A stretch of 64,000 nucleotides of DNA from Mizuhopecten yessoensis (Eukaryota), in contig NW_018407525.1 of the NCBI RefSeq assembly GCF_002113885.1, positions 374,157 through 438,156 on the forward strand, read 5' to 3'. The notes below the pieces were generated by a model that saw only the letters and a program-made list of their open reading frames with translations, made no database searches and had not been told where the DNA came from. The translations under genes were made by a program, and so were the position numbers. Positions 1-12,938 of this stretch are shown here, one piece after another; the stretch's first letter is position 1; the number at the start of each line of letters is the position of its first letter.

Positions 1-354
1 CTACGACCTTGAATTCTCATTTGAAGAAAAAAATCTGTTGGACAGAAAACGCGTCAATACGCCTGTTTTAGTCACAAGGCAATTCCAATCAAACGGTACC
101 GGAACTTTTCGGCATAACACCAGCTATAATACAGATCCAATTTACTCAATAAATCCTCTCAATCACCCCCCAAAATAGTCAACACAGAATGGTAGCCGAA
201 ACGTAGGTACAAAACGTTTAATGTGACGGTAAAGTATTGAAGAGACTCAACGTAGATTGAAAAAATCGTAGCTCAAAAGTCCACAAGAAAATATATTAAT
301 AACATAGCGGCAGCGTAACGATAGGATTAGACACCAAAACAAAGGGCATGCATG

Positions 355-436
355 AAAACCCCACACGCGACAGAAAGCCAACCTAGGTCTTCCGGTAGCG
401 TAAGCGCTTCCTAAAATAAATCAGGCACCTAGCATG
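355..436 (-). mobile_element. Degenerate Penelope-associated terminal motif
   Basis: aggtcttccggtagcgtaagcgcttcct...ggcacctagcatg resembles the reverse complement of the motif seen at 25432-25490 and 41613-41710. I recall this motif as downstream of the RT in bivalve Penelope-like elements (no database search run). Same strand as the RT remnant at 860-1260. Confidence 0.35.
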
Positions 437-681
437 CTGTCTACCGCGAACTCGAGGAACACACGTTGTAAAACACAGTAAACTTGTCCTAACTACTGAA
501 AGACGACATCGTTGTATTACATGCTGTCTATATGAATACTAATATTGTTGTGACAGCACATGATAATCATTCCGAAGAAAATAAATAATATTCATAAGTA
601 GATAGCGAAAATTGTGTTTGATGGTTCGCAAATACGACTGTATATTATAAACAAGTGTCGCCATAACCTTAGATTGCTGTG

Positions 682-858
682 TATCTGTCTTTGCGTATTG
701 CAGAGTTATCTGCTCTTGTGAGCAGTTATTGATTGTTACGTCATGTGTTTGTGAGATTAACGTCATCAATTTTTGAGAAAACGACGTAATTTTCTCACAC
801 AAACCAATGGCGTATCAATCAATGCCTGCTCACAAGAGAAGATAACTCTGCAATACGC
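682..858. mobile_element. Palindromic MITE-like non-autonomous DNA element
   Basis: Long imperfect inverted repeats: gcgtattgcagagttatctgctcttgtgagcagttattgattgttacg (693-740) pairs with cgtatcaatcaatgcctgctcacaagagaagataactctgcaatacgc (811-858). No coding capacity. Left end extended to ~682 from recollection of similar bivalve elements. Confidence 0.75.
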
Positions 859-859
859 T

Positions 860-1260
860 TGGTCTACAGAAGTGCCCAATGCTTTCTTTAATTAGATGAA
901 GTCGAAACGCTCTCATAAAACATCAAATGCGTATACACGTATGTATTATTGATAGATGATCGGACTTCTGTTTTCCAACACAACAATGCTTCGTCTAGAA
1001 ATACCCAACTTATCGGAACAATTACTAAAGGAAACAAACCGCTTGTTGCTGAACGCCTTAGAAATGAGCAATGTCATATCAATATATCTGAAAGCAACAC
1101 TATCATAAATGAAACAGACGGAATTTAATTGTGGCTTTGAAGTGAAGCACACACATATGTATACTATCTTAAATAAACTAAAGAAAAGCAAGCATGTATC
1201 GTAGTTCCCAATGATAAAATCAAATCCACAAAGCAACAAAGTCGGGATTGATCCTCGTCA
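860..1260 (-). mobile_element. Highly decayed Penelope-like reverse transcriptase fragment
   Basis: Minus-strand translation gives LLCGFDFI...AFRYID (FRYID at 1078-1092), then a weak FYE-RFDF-like remnant near 900-920. Order matches Penelope RT motifs LFL.YE.DF, FRYIDD and YDKRDDF as I recall them. Frameshifted. Confidence 0.45.
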
Positions 1261-3488
1261 ATGCGAAGATATTATATAAAGTTATTAATTATCATTAGGA
1301 AATAAGATGACAAAATCGGGAACAAGCAGGTCCTTGTGTAAGATTCAGACCCAGGATATCCAATGCTTCAGCTAAAGAAATTAATGGATACCGTCACAGT
1401 GCCAAATAGAGACGTCAATCAAGACAAATGCTACAGTCACCTTCTGACTGGAGAATTGGGCACCCTCCCAGTAGTGTCATCAGAAAGGTGTTGTACAATC
1501 GACAACAGCCGCTCAGCTAGGTCGTCAGTGGAAGCCGTGGTCGAATCATGTCGCCGTGACAAACTGCTCTCGATGGCAAAACAGACGCAATGATTTGTCA
1601 AGCTGGTTCGTCCTGCCGTCATATCGACACTATGTAACCTCCACTATCAACCCTTGGTTTGTATACTTGTTTGTGTCATAGTAATTATCTGATTAAGTAG
1701 TGATGAAGTGCAAAGGTCATTAAATCATATTCACACATTTGCTTTTTAAGAATGAATTCTGTTTTTAAAATAGAATACTGCATTAAGAAATAAAACCAGC
1801 ACGTTTTTTTATGTATTATTAACAAGACTAGCAAATGTTTATTCTCGAGTTTATATCTTTTGTAAACAAAAATATCCACGTAAAAAAGGGAGCGAGATGT
1901 CACATCAGAGAGAGATGTGGGCTTAAGTGACAGACGGGCATGGCTGACCAGGTAGACAAGCTATAAACACTATAAGTTTGTCATCGCGGTTTCGGTCTTG
2001 GGTGGTGCTCGTGCTTGTCACCATTCCGGCTTTCATCTGACCACCTCCATTTTGTATATTATTATTGCTAGCATCGGCCATTATTTTTCTCTAGGTATGA
2101 CATAATAGCTACGTTTGCTATTTGTTTTACTTTATTTGTTCATCTGCAGATATGATAACTTGAACGAAGATTAAAATAATATAACATTCGCGACAAATAC
2201 ATATCAATCATATTTCTGGTCTGTTCTTAAATTACTGTTTGACATCCAAGTATTGATGTCGGTCTTGTTAAACATAAATACATCTCCTCAAGTTCACATC
2301 GATATCTAAGCTACAAGTTTAACACTTTTTTTCCACAAATCTACCAGCTCAAGCTCACATTGACAGGTCAACTTCTGTCTGTTATTCCTTTAAATCTGAA
2401 GTAAAAGTCAAACTTCTGAATTGAGAAAAAAACTACCCTCCGTATCATCCTCGCTTTGGAGATAGATTAATCTTGCAGTGAAATCTCATCTACACATAAA
2501 TATTGAACTCATTAAATATGTTCAAAATTTATGAAAATTATTTCAACCAATCAGCAGGCCTAACGTACATATTTGCCTAATAATTCATGTGATTGCAAGA
2601 AGTGTCTGTTGTATATTATAATAAGCGGTAACATGGCGTTCAAGTTGTATCTTAGTTGTACAATATAGTTAATCCAAGCAATAATTCTTTGTAAATGGTT
2701 GTTATGGTTTTATTCAATTTTGTCATCTTCACAGAAGAGAGGAAATGCAAAATGTCAGGAAAGCTTCCGCAAAGGTCAGACCAGGAACAAAGATGTTATA
2801 TAGAACAAAAGGAACAAAAACAGGGATGATAAAATCTTTAAATCTGGTTTTTGAGAAAAAGGATACGGAGTACTATCTACTGAAAATGTGTGATGTCATA
2901 ACTGGTATTGATACGTGTCATGATATCATTTCGAATATATTGTTATCTTGTTTTTCCCCGAATTAAAATGTAAAATATAATTCGGTGCAGTATTGGTAAA
3001 TTTCCAAATGATTAACGTTTTTAATACTGTAGTTTGTAATAATTACAACAGAACACTGTTATGTCATTACGATCCATTTGTCTGGAAGATTGGACTTACT
3101 TACTCGACGGATACCTGAATATAAAGCTATATTTATCCTGTATGAAGAGTTGGCATTAAACACTTTTTCGAAAAGGATCAACATGCATAATTTTTTTTAT
3201 AATATCTTCGAGGCAGGATATCTGGGGACGCTTACCAGATCCGTGTGTAAACCAAACCTGTACTAAAGCGTGTACAATATAGATTTTTGTCGGTGATAAG
3301 ACTCTTATAAGACGGCTATGAAGTCCAATATTCTTGCTTCATCTACCCAGCCCCTGTACCGTTTTTCTGCTGCCCTGAGTTCTATTTACCGAGTGTGTCG
3401 AGCCGTGTAACAAGATGTGAAAAGCTCTGAAAAGAACTGACAATCTTACCCTCTAATTGTTAACACCTCGACCGGAATCCGGATAAAG

Positions 3489-3600
3489 ATTGGGCGGGGA
3501 AGGGGATTCTATGTAGTATGAGGAGTATTGAATGCTTCGTCACGCAAAAATCCGGCTATTGTCGCGTTTTTGAAATTAGTATCTTCCCGTTTGTATAAAA
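3489..3600 (+). promoter_or_regulatory. Candidate Pol II promoter (CCAAT/GC box plus TATA)
   Basis: ATTGG (3489-3493) overlaps GGGCGGGG (3492-3499), with TATAAAA at 3594-3600, inside a GC-richer island. Motif match only. Confidence 0.2.
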
Positions 3601-4202
3601 TGTAAAACGATGGATCGACCGTGGTGGATTTATGGACTCAAATAAATGTCTTTTGAGGACTTAATGATACAGACATTACCGATTGTTCACCGTCTAGTTA
3701 AATCCCAGTAAAACTATTCCTCGTGTATCTAAATACAAGAAAAAAAACTACACCCTGTCTTTATAAATTGCATCCGATTTCTGGGAACTGATTTAGAGTT
3801 TGTTCGTGGTGTGACATTACGTAAATTGAATTTAGCCGAAGACAGAACAATCGAAATGAATATCTAGGCAAAGCTATGAACAAACATTATAAATATTAGC
3901 CATTTAAGGCTATTTGTATATGCTATCTAACATACACGCGAAGTAAATTATGTCAAAGGTACTTCTAATTGGTCTATTAATATCCTCGACATGTGCGCTA
4001 TGACTAGTTTTTGCATATAAGTTGATTATCTTTGGTTACCATGATTGAGACGCTGGTTAAATACGTCTGTGTCACAATGTGATTTGTGAAAGTGTTTTAA
4101 AGTGCATATTGCCTGCTGATATATTTTACTTAAATATAACGAACGGATGTTTTAAAGATTTCAAATAAAGACACAAACACAAACACACGCATATAGGTTT
4201 AA

Positions 4203-4220
4203 ATATATATATATATATAT
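4203..4220. repeat. (TA)n microsatellite
   Basis: atatatatatatatatat; similar runs at ~23779-23812 and ~45805-45822. Confidence 0.9.
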
Positions 4221-5037
4221 CACTTGACAATGAGAATAAAACAACAATTCTTTATAATCAACTTTAAACCATGAAATTGAAGCGTATACAAGCTAGTTAA
4301 TGAGTGCATGACATTTACATTTTCAGCTGTAGCAATTCCTTGGTGAATGGAATGTGTCGTACAAAATGCTTCGATGTGGTATTTTGTATTACCACGGCAA
4401 TTTGTACGTAATAGGTATCAACTAAACTGTTAGTTAAGTTAACAGACCTGGAACCTAGAAGTCCTGTATTCCCCTGGGGTTTCCTTATCTGAAACCATGT
4501 CATCGCCGACTAATTAAAATATCTTTTGCTTATACAATTATATGTTTTACCCTAATCATACTCATTTCTGCCTTACTCATTAAAACGTTAATTGGTTACA
4601 TAGTAAATTAATACTTAATTGATTAATTACTGAGGATATGGTAAATACTCGAATTCCACACGAACTAAAGAAGGATTGCTGATGGAAAAATCTGATTATA
4701 TATATAAATTTGATGTAAATCTATATACTATTTTTAACATTACTACAGCTATTTATATCGTCGTTGTATGATTTAAGTTAACTATTTTAAATAGTCCAGT
4801 ACATTTTAATTCTGCAAAACCCATTCTTTAAAAATATCATGTCAACAAGCGGTTATGTTTTATAATGAGAAAATGCAAAAATTTTTAGCTACCACATGTA
4901 TGTTGATAGAGCTGGGGAGTCAGAATTAGCTTAGGTAGTGTTGTGTTGTGGTTTGAAACCACGGTAGGCAGCGCGTGCAATGTTCTCTACGATCCACTGA
5001 GAAGTAACCTAAGCTACGCTCGAATATGGAGGTTGGG

Positions 5038-5135
5038 CTTCCGGAAGTGATGAGTTATGAGGGCAGAGCCTGCCTAAGTGATGACGTGTCAAGGCGGAGT
5101 TTGTATGTGTAATGGATTTTACTGACAGCTGTCAG
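5038..5135. promoter_or_regulatory. Candidate cis-regulatory motif cluster (ETS, CRE half-site, TALE palindrome)
   Basis: CTTCCGGAAG palindrome at 5038-5047, TGACGT at 5082-5087, and perfect 14-bp palindrome CTGACAGCTGTCAG at 5122-5135. Confidence 0.3.
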
Positions 5136-8100
5136 CTTTCGCTCCTTAGGAAGAGGTGCTATAGGATATAAGGGAAGCAATCCAAAGAAAACTTCTGCAC
5201 ATTTCCGCTATTGAAATATTTACATTCAGATCAAAACAAATAATATCCAACTTTGGGGGAAATAGGTGTCCATAATGTAAACATATATACATTTATATAT
5301 TATCATTTAAATCTGGATGAATGGTATTTACTTCGAAATGTACACCATACTATTTGCACTTTTGTATATACAAGGTGTATTCTGCCCAAAGCCGAGCCGT
5401 TATTAGACTACTAATCACTACTGACGTACGGATTTCGTGGCCAGTATCCTGCGGACACATATACTCCACTGATCCTTCTCTAGCATTTTCAATTTACACC
5501 TGAAGTCTGATATGTGTAGACGTGTTTAATACAACATATCCCCTTGTAGTAATAACAAATGTTAACAGTTGTTTACAAATGTATATATCTTAATTAAAGA
5601 AAAAATAACAGCGTATACTGATATTTATCTTACTTAATTAGGATTTTACATTTCCTTTGCGAGATAGAATTTTGTACATGCAAATGTTGTCTTCATATTT
5701 TATCCAAATTGTAAAATATGACGCCATCAACGTGCAATGATCACTAGAGATACTAGATAAGGAAACGTATTTTTAAAAATGTATAAAGTCTATGAAGAGA
5801 GCCAAACAAAGTAAGCATTTACTGCACTAAACGGTACTATTTTCTATCTTAGATCTCACCAGTGGCACTGAGGGCCAACAGAATGAAAAACAACGAGGTG
5901 CTCCGAAACACACACAAAAATACCGCGAAGGGGAAATGGTGTCTATCAAGCCCTTCATAACGTAACAACTTTACAACACAAGACATATATTGAAACTAAT
6001 TTTCTGTTAACTATGCCACAATGAATTTTAACCAAAATATTGAACAATAACCACTTGTGTATGTTTATAGGACTATGTTCAAGATACCTAACATTTAGTA
6101 ATACGGTATTTATCTAATCTGTTACTTATGAAATTATAACAATATTACATTTTGCAGTTATAAAAGAAACTATAATAAAAATGTTCAGACTGTATCTTAC
6201 TATTAACTTACTATGAATGTGAATATTTGTACTATGACATTATTACAATACGGCATTTTGCAGTCATAATGGTATTATGAAAATATGCAGAAAATATATG
6301 TATCAATACAATATATCTTACTGCAAACGATTGTGAAGATTTGATATAGAATAAATATGACAAGCTTAGTTTTTAGAGTTATACGTGAAATCACTATTCC
6401 CCCACAAATCCATCTCCTGGATTGAGCAGAACACCCTATCTAACTTATATCCACCACATGACACGTTTGACAGAGATGAATTATTTTACGTTTTCCTTGG
6501 TGGTTTTACACCATATATGTGGGAGACGATAATTTGTTATGAAGTTGATGACTAACGAATCCCCACACATTGGCCTTGTTTTGACTCATTCCACATCTTT
6601 CAGACGACCATGTAGATTTAGTTGATGAAGATATACGATACTACCGCCAAACGGTGATGACGAGAGTCCATATCCGCCCAGGTAGAATCAAAGGTAAAGA
6701 CCTCTGATGGATGAATATGGTTCGCAAAGTCAAGATTGTGTGACCTTTTTTCTTAGGAAAGTTCATGCATTAAAGGATGATTTGTCCATCATGTAATTGT
6801 GCGTTCAGACTCTTCTTAGAAAATTGTATTTAACATTCTGTAATCATTATTATAAAAAATATGAATCACACTGGTGGTATTTAAAAGCATACAAGATGTT
6901 TATAAATTAAAATATGTTATTTCACAATAATCCTTTCTGTTATGCAATAATTAAATTTCTCTTTTTCTTGTTAAGACTTAAATGCATACAAAAATACAAC
7001 ATTTTTTCGATTCATTTTAATACAACACACAAGTAGATATAAATGACGAAAAGATTAAGACACTAATGACAAAGGTCAACAAGAAATATACCACATCATA
7101 ACAAAATGGTCTATGATAAAATTATTAAACAGCGAATGACTATCAGTGTTTTCACTGCACGATTAAAACCCATATAAAGTCAATGTGGTTGAACAATATG
7201 ACCTTGTTGCCCTTTTCAATTATATCCGACACGTGACATGATAATGGGAGATTGTAATACATGGACCCGATCCCGGACCTCCGCAAAGTGAGGGATGCAT
7301 TTCATTGATGACATGGCCGCCGTTCTATTGCTAGATTAAAATTTATTAATTACTTACGACGAAGGCTGCAACCTTTCTCATTAATATTTTGCCTTCATTA
7401 AGGTAAGATAATTTCTATTAGAAATGCCGTTCCAGTCCATAGCGATGGCTATTACGGATTACACCAAGTGAGACGGAATCCAAAGCGTTGGTCTAGGATA
7501 TAACAACTAGGGTTTTAGTAGTGCAATTAAACCTTCAGCGAACGTGTTTATGGTGTCAAAGGGGATAATTGTGATCTTATCACCTAAAATATGAACATAA
7601 TTATAAGGAAGAAATCTCACTTCCTAAAGTATCAAGTGAATAATCTTGTCCTGTATCTTTATCCATAGAGGATGAGGTTCATATGTAGTATTAACGCATA
7701 TATATTTTTTGTTTTATCTTCGGTGATACGTTAATTTTGTTTTGAGAAAACCATAGCTATCTTACAATTATAAATATAAAAAAAGATGAGTTAATTACTT
7801 AAAAGCCAATTTCGGTGTTTAACCATAAACTATCGATAGGCTTAACAAAATATTAAAAGAAACTTTTTGTTGTTTCATTTTATTCCATATAACTTCAGGT
7901 TATTGCTTATATGCACACCTCATCGAACATTTAAATTCGAAACGTACGAAATCATTCTGATAAGCTGTAGAACTTCCTCGTTTCTGAGGTGGTATGAATA
8001 CTTCAGAATCTACTAACTTATATGTTAGCTTTCCGGATTGTTTTTCATAACAAAACAATAAATCTATCTCTATCTTGCATACAAACATTACCAATATGAT

Positions 8101-8439
8101 AATTATACAATATGATTTTTAATATACTGTTTCAAACAACAAATGAACATATTTTTAAAGTCAAAGTTAAACCAGGGAAACATTGAATACATTTTTAAAG
8201 CTAGACAGACATTGACGATGTGACCAAGACTTTGAATAGCATGTATTTAGCAGAGATTGATCAGCTGTTTGGTATGACGGATGGGACGGCGTGACAGGCC
8301 AGGCCTCGTATGTCAAGCGTGAATGCGGGTGTTTCTGTCAGAAACTTCTGCATATTTACGTACACGGGTAGCTTAGTGTGGCGTCAATGGGTTCGTCTGG
8401 CTTCTATGAAACCTCTTAAAAAACATGGCCTTTTAGGAA

Positions 8440-8915
8440 TTTGATAGTACGCCCACTATCAAAATGGCATAAATTCAATTCTATAATTTTATTGCTCGCT
8501 CATAGTTACATAGAAACTTGGAGGCAAATAGCAAAACAACAAATATACAAAGAAACTGCAAAGTGAACAATATATAAACTTACACAGAAGCAAGGCCCAC
8601 GCTCCTCAGGCAGTTCAAGTGACTGTCTTATGAATAAGCACGATATAGACCTACCATATGACCATTTATTGATTACGATAACGTACCGTATGCTAATTTA
8701 TGAAATTTACGAAATGTTATAGATATTATTCATTCTCAAACTGGTATATAGAGTTACCATATTAACTTGTTATTAAATTTAATGAATATGATAGAACGTT
8801 CACTATCAAAATGGAATATAGACCTACCATTTAACCTTTTATTGAATTAAATAAATGTAATAGAACATATCAGAACGGTATATAATCCTGACATATAACT
8901 TTTTATTAAGATTGT
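8440..8915. repeat. Decayed local tandem repeat
   Basis: Recurring tatagacctaccat/tatagagttaccat...ttatt segments (~8644, ~8747, ~8817, ~8880) and tgatag.acg..cactatcaaaatgg (~8442, ~8789). Confidence 0.5.
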
Positions 8916-11900
8916 GATATTGTGTGTATTAGTTTAGTGTCAGAGAAATAGACAACAACGTTACTTTCCTTCTCATCATTAAGTACATAACAATAAGCGG
9001 AGACATATAAACGACTCACTACTGTTGTCTTCAATATTTTAGTTATGATAAGGCTCATCATATTTTGCAATCTACTGTAATAATTCTACTTTGAAATGAT
9101 GAACCGGTTTTCACAAAACAATATATATATAAGGAGTGTATTATGAAAAATCATGATCATTTTAAACAGAAATGCAATAAATTTGGCACAAAACAAATGT
9201 ATTATATATTGTACCTTTGTTTGTAAAGCCTATAGATTAAAAAAATAACAGACATGCAATGCCGATAAATGCTTGATTGAATTAGCATATTTACGGTAAA
9301 TATCTATCTGATGTAGAGAATGAGTTAAGGAAGCAATGTAACAGAACTAAGGGACCGACATACAGGATAAATGAAGATTCGTTCGAATTATGGTAAGGCA
9401 AGAACGATTTGTTTGACTAATATGATTCTATCTATCTAAGTTATAAGATTAAATTATTCTTCCTTTCGAATTTATTGACGCATAACCTCGTCGGGTGTAT
9501 GCTGATTATACGTATCTAGCTTAACCCGATTTTCGATTTTCCTTGAGGCACACACACAAACCCCTATTCTGTCTTTAGAGCTTGTTACATATACGCCTCC
9601 TATCAATTTCATTTGATTTCTTGTATCTGTCGAATTAAGGGGATTCAAATGAAATTTAAGAAACCGACTTCTTTATCATGGCAATTTGTATCAAGTAGTT
9701 GGTCATTTGTGATACTCAAAATCAGCAAGGCGTCACATTTAACGACTGTGTTTGGCGCGTGACAATCGCGTGAAGATGAAGTATAAATCAAGAGTCGTGT
9801 GCTACTCATGATACGATGACCATCGTTAATGGTTTGTAGCAATTCGGGTTTTTTATTTTCACAGACGTTCGTTTACCTGCTCATACAAGGAATACAATAT
9901 CATGATTACCTGGCCAAGAATATGTACCGCAAATGACTCCCCACGGTGCGGGTGGAGGACCTTATTCTACAGGGTGGCGAGATACACGGCAAGGTTTAAT
10001 ATGCAGTTAAAATAAGAGACTAGTCATAATTGCTATAGCGTCGTGCTACTCACGAGATCTGACAGGAGCATTTAATGAGTCATTTTATATGTTGCTCTCC
10101 GTTAGTGACTTCCTATTAGTAATATCAATCAGCCATTTGGGATTCCACACCACGACTATAATAGAATACCCTTGAAATATCTTCACATTCATTTCCTTTG
10201 TTCCTTATGTTATATCAATTGAAAGCTTTCGACTACTCTTGTTCAGACAAAACCAAACACGAAAGTGAAACAATTATGTTGATAGCATGCTTGTATAGTG
10301 CCCCATATGTAATGGACATCTCTGTGCCGTTAGTACACAGGTAACAGGCACTACCACTTATCCGACACATCTAGTGGAACCTCTTAGTCGACCTATTAGA
10401 TTACAATTAAAAGAATCGCCGTACCCATTGTGAGTACAAACAGCGTGGTTTATATACAATTAGAGTCCAATAACAACATACCAGTCTGGGGTGTAGAATT
10501 ATGTGAACGTTTGTGGTATTTGAAGTGGACTATTTTTAAACTCGAATTTGACCTTGCATGGTCAAGGAACATCTTATTACGATCCCATCCGGTTAAAATA
10601 TAAATATATTTTGATTTGAGTTTTATATTTGATTGGATACCCATCCAAATAATATCTTAAGAATCATAATATTTGTTATTGTATTGAAAATGAAACAGAT
10701 ATGGAGTGGTATATATTTAGTAACACATACTTGGGAACGTTCAATAAAGCATGGTATGTGTGGTATTTAAGCTGTTCACCTGCTATTGTATATTGTGTGT
10801 TAAGGTACTGGCCATGTTTGCTTACGAAGTCGTACTGCTATTTATATATAAGGATAAGGTCTTTTTGCCTTTTGATCTTCTTATCATCTGTAGGAAAACA
10901 AAATGAACCAAAATTAAAGTGTCAAATTAATTTCAATTGTGAAATTTTTGATTTTTTTTGAAATTTGTATTTTAGAGATATATCTTATCATTATTGTGAG
11001 TGGAGTCATTTCAGACATTAATTTAATTGTTAACGATCAAGATATTTTGCTATTTACTTTGTTATTATGATTTATGCACAACTGACAAATTCTACATGTA
11101 TGAAACGTGCCATATAGCGCAGTGGAATTTTCTTTCCTTGGCTTTCCGCATCGATACACTACACTTTTCTTCGCATTTCTAGCGATATGTCTCATGTCTA
11201 CTTTACGTGTCCCCGAGGTTAACTGTTACATTTTAACTGAAAGTTAGAACATTTTCTGCTCTATAAAACAAATTGTGAAACTATAACATAATAAGGGTGT
11301 TCATGGCACCTTTACTGATAACGCAGCATACTATATATGTTCCGGAACACTTCAGATGTTTATTTCCATTCTTTTGACATTTAGCCCCCACTGCTTTCTT
11401 CGAAATGGACGAAATGACAATACGGTGTTGCAGGAGATCACCTTCAATTTGTCCTGCTTGGTATTTCTAACAAAATATTTATAACAAGTATGAAAGAATT
11501 CAGAAAGTTCACAGGGCATATAAGGGATACATTACCTAGAAAAAACGGTGATATTTATAACACACCGACAGATAAGCTTAATAAAGATATGTGCCCTTTA
11601 CCAGCTTGGTATATACGTCATTACGACAACTTATAGCAGCCCTGATATGTCAGATTCAGAAAGCCTTAAACTTACAACGCTGAGTCACTTTGGTCACTTC
11701 ATTCACAGTTAACCTTTGACACAGAGGTGGACCAGATTTGGACCCCAGCATTCGTCAAACGGGCGTGACAGAATACTTTCCACTGGTCAAATGAAGATCA
11801 TTTGTCTCTCGGATTTCTGTTCTCCCTACCACCACCAACATAGACACCCATTTGGCTAGAGGGACGATTAGGAGTATGACAACACTATTATGGCAGGTGG

Positions 11901-12210
11901 GAAGAACGTTATTCTACAAATATATACAATATAAAGATAGTGTACATATCGGTCAATGCATTAGTGCAAAGAAAGGAAATACAACTGTTGGGAATCCAAA
12001 TTAATAAAAATATAATGCGTTTCAGAATAAAAAAGTGTGGTTTGGTCTGATCCCAAAATTATATTTATAAGATTTTGTAATTTCAATTTTGCTATATATT
12101 ATTTTATACAAGGTCTTACAGTTGGTGTCCAGGTCACGCTATAAGTATGTTTCTAAAAACTTGCAATTGTAGTGTAAACGTTTGTAATGCTTGATATTTT
12201 GATTAGATGC

Positions 12211-12294
12211 TTGTCAGTATTTCTATTACCGTTTGTTAGCCGCAACCTTTGTCAGTATTTCTATTACCGTTTGTTAGCAGCAACCTTTGTCAGT
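12211..12294. repeat. 38-bp tandem duplication (2.2 copies)
   Basis: ttgtcagtatttctattaccgtttgttagc(c/a)gcaacct at 12211 and 12249, plus a partial third copy at 12287. Confidence 0.9.
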
Positions 12295-12911
12295 TTGAGA
12301 TGGGTGTTATCCCGGCACCACATCTGGTGCAAGAAATACGTACCCTGATTTAATTCTCCCTGGTTTTGATACATCGTTAGTTCTTACTTTTATCAATTTG
12401 TATCGCCACTGAGTTTGGCTTTGGTTTTTGTGTATTGACAAGGCGGTACTCTTTCTACTTTACGTTAATGAAGATGACAGGTTTCGCCATATTTTAAATC
12501 GTTGCCGTTTATATTACTTCTTTAATTCTTTACAAACTATATGTTGATCTGCAAAATAGTTTAAACCAATCCTAGTGAAATTAACCCACTTTACGGTAAA
12601 ATACGGAATTATTTAAACGTCTTTTTCAAATCAAGGTTTCAGGTCCCGTTTTTATATTACCACACTAGTGTATCTTTGGTTTTCCATTAAAATGATTTCA
12701 TCAACCACTTTCTGTTAATGACAGGTCATACGATATCTTTTAAATAACTGAATATAATAGATTATAACACTCAAAGTAATTAAAGAGAGAAATTAGAGGA
12801 TGTTGCAGAAGATGGTGAATTCTTCTATCCCATCTTGACGACACAGATGGTTTTAGGTTTAGACTGCAGGATCAGATCGCCGCGATAGTACCACATAGGA
12901 CATCGCCAGAG

Positions 12912-12938
12912 GCTGCTGCTGCTGCTGCTGCTACTGCT
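12912..12938. repeat. (GCT)n trinucleotide repeat
   Basis: (gct)7 act gct. Confidence 0.9.

Noticed and set aside
21-56. ttgaaga...gaaaacgcgtc resembles a minimal Penelope hammerhead
   Set aside because: Core C is missing, no stem I pairing, and it is on the opposite strand to the nearby Penelope remnant.
1438-1490. Hairpin containing minus-strand CTGATGA, possible hammerhead ribozyme
   Set aside because: GAAG instead of GAAA, wrong spacing to stem II, and the core would be sequestered in the outer stem.
7900-8094. ORF with DLLFCYEK resembling a Penelope RT motif
   Set aside because: No neighbouring RT motifs in any frame I checked; likely coincidence.
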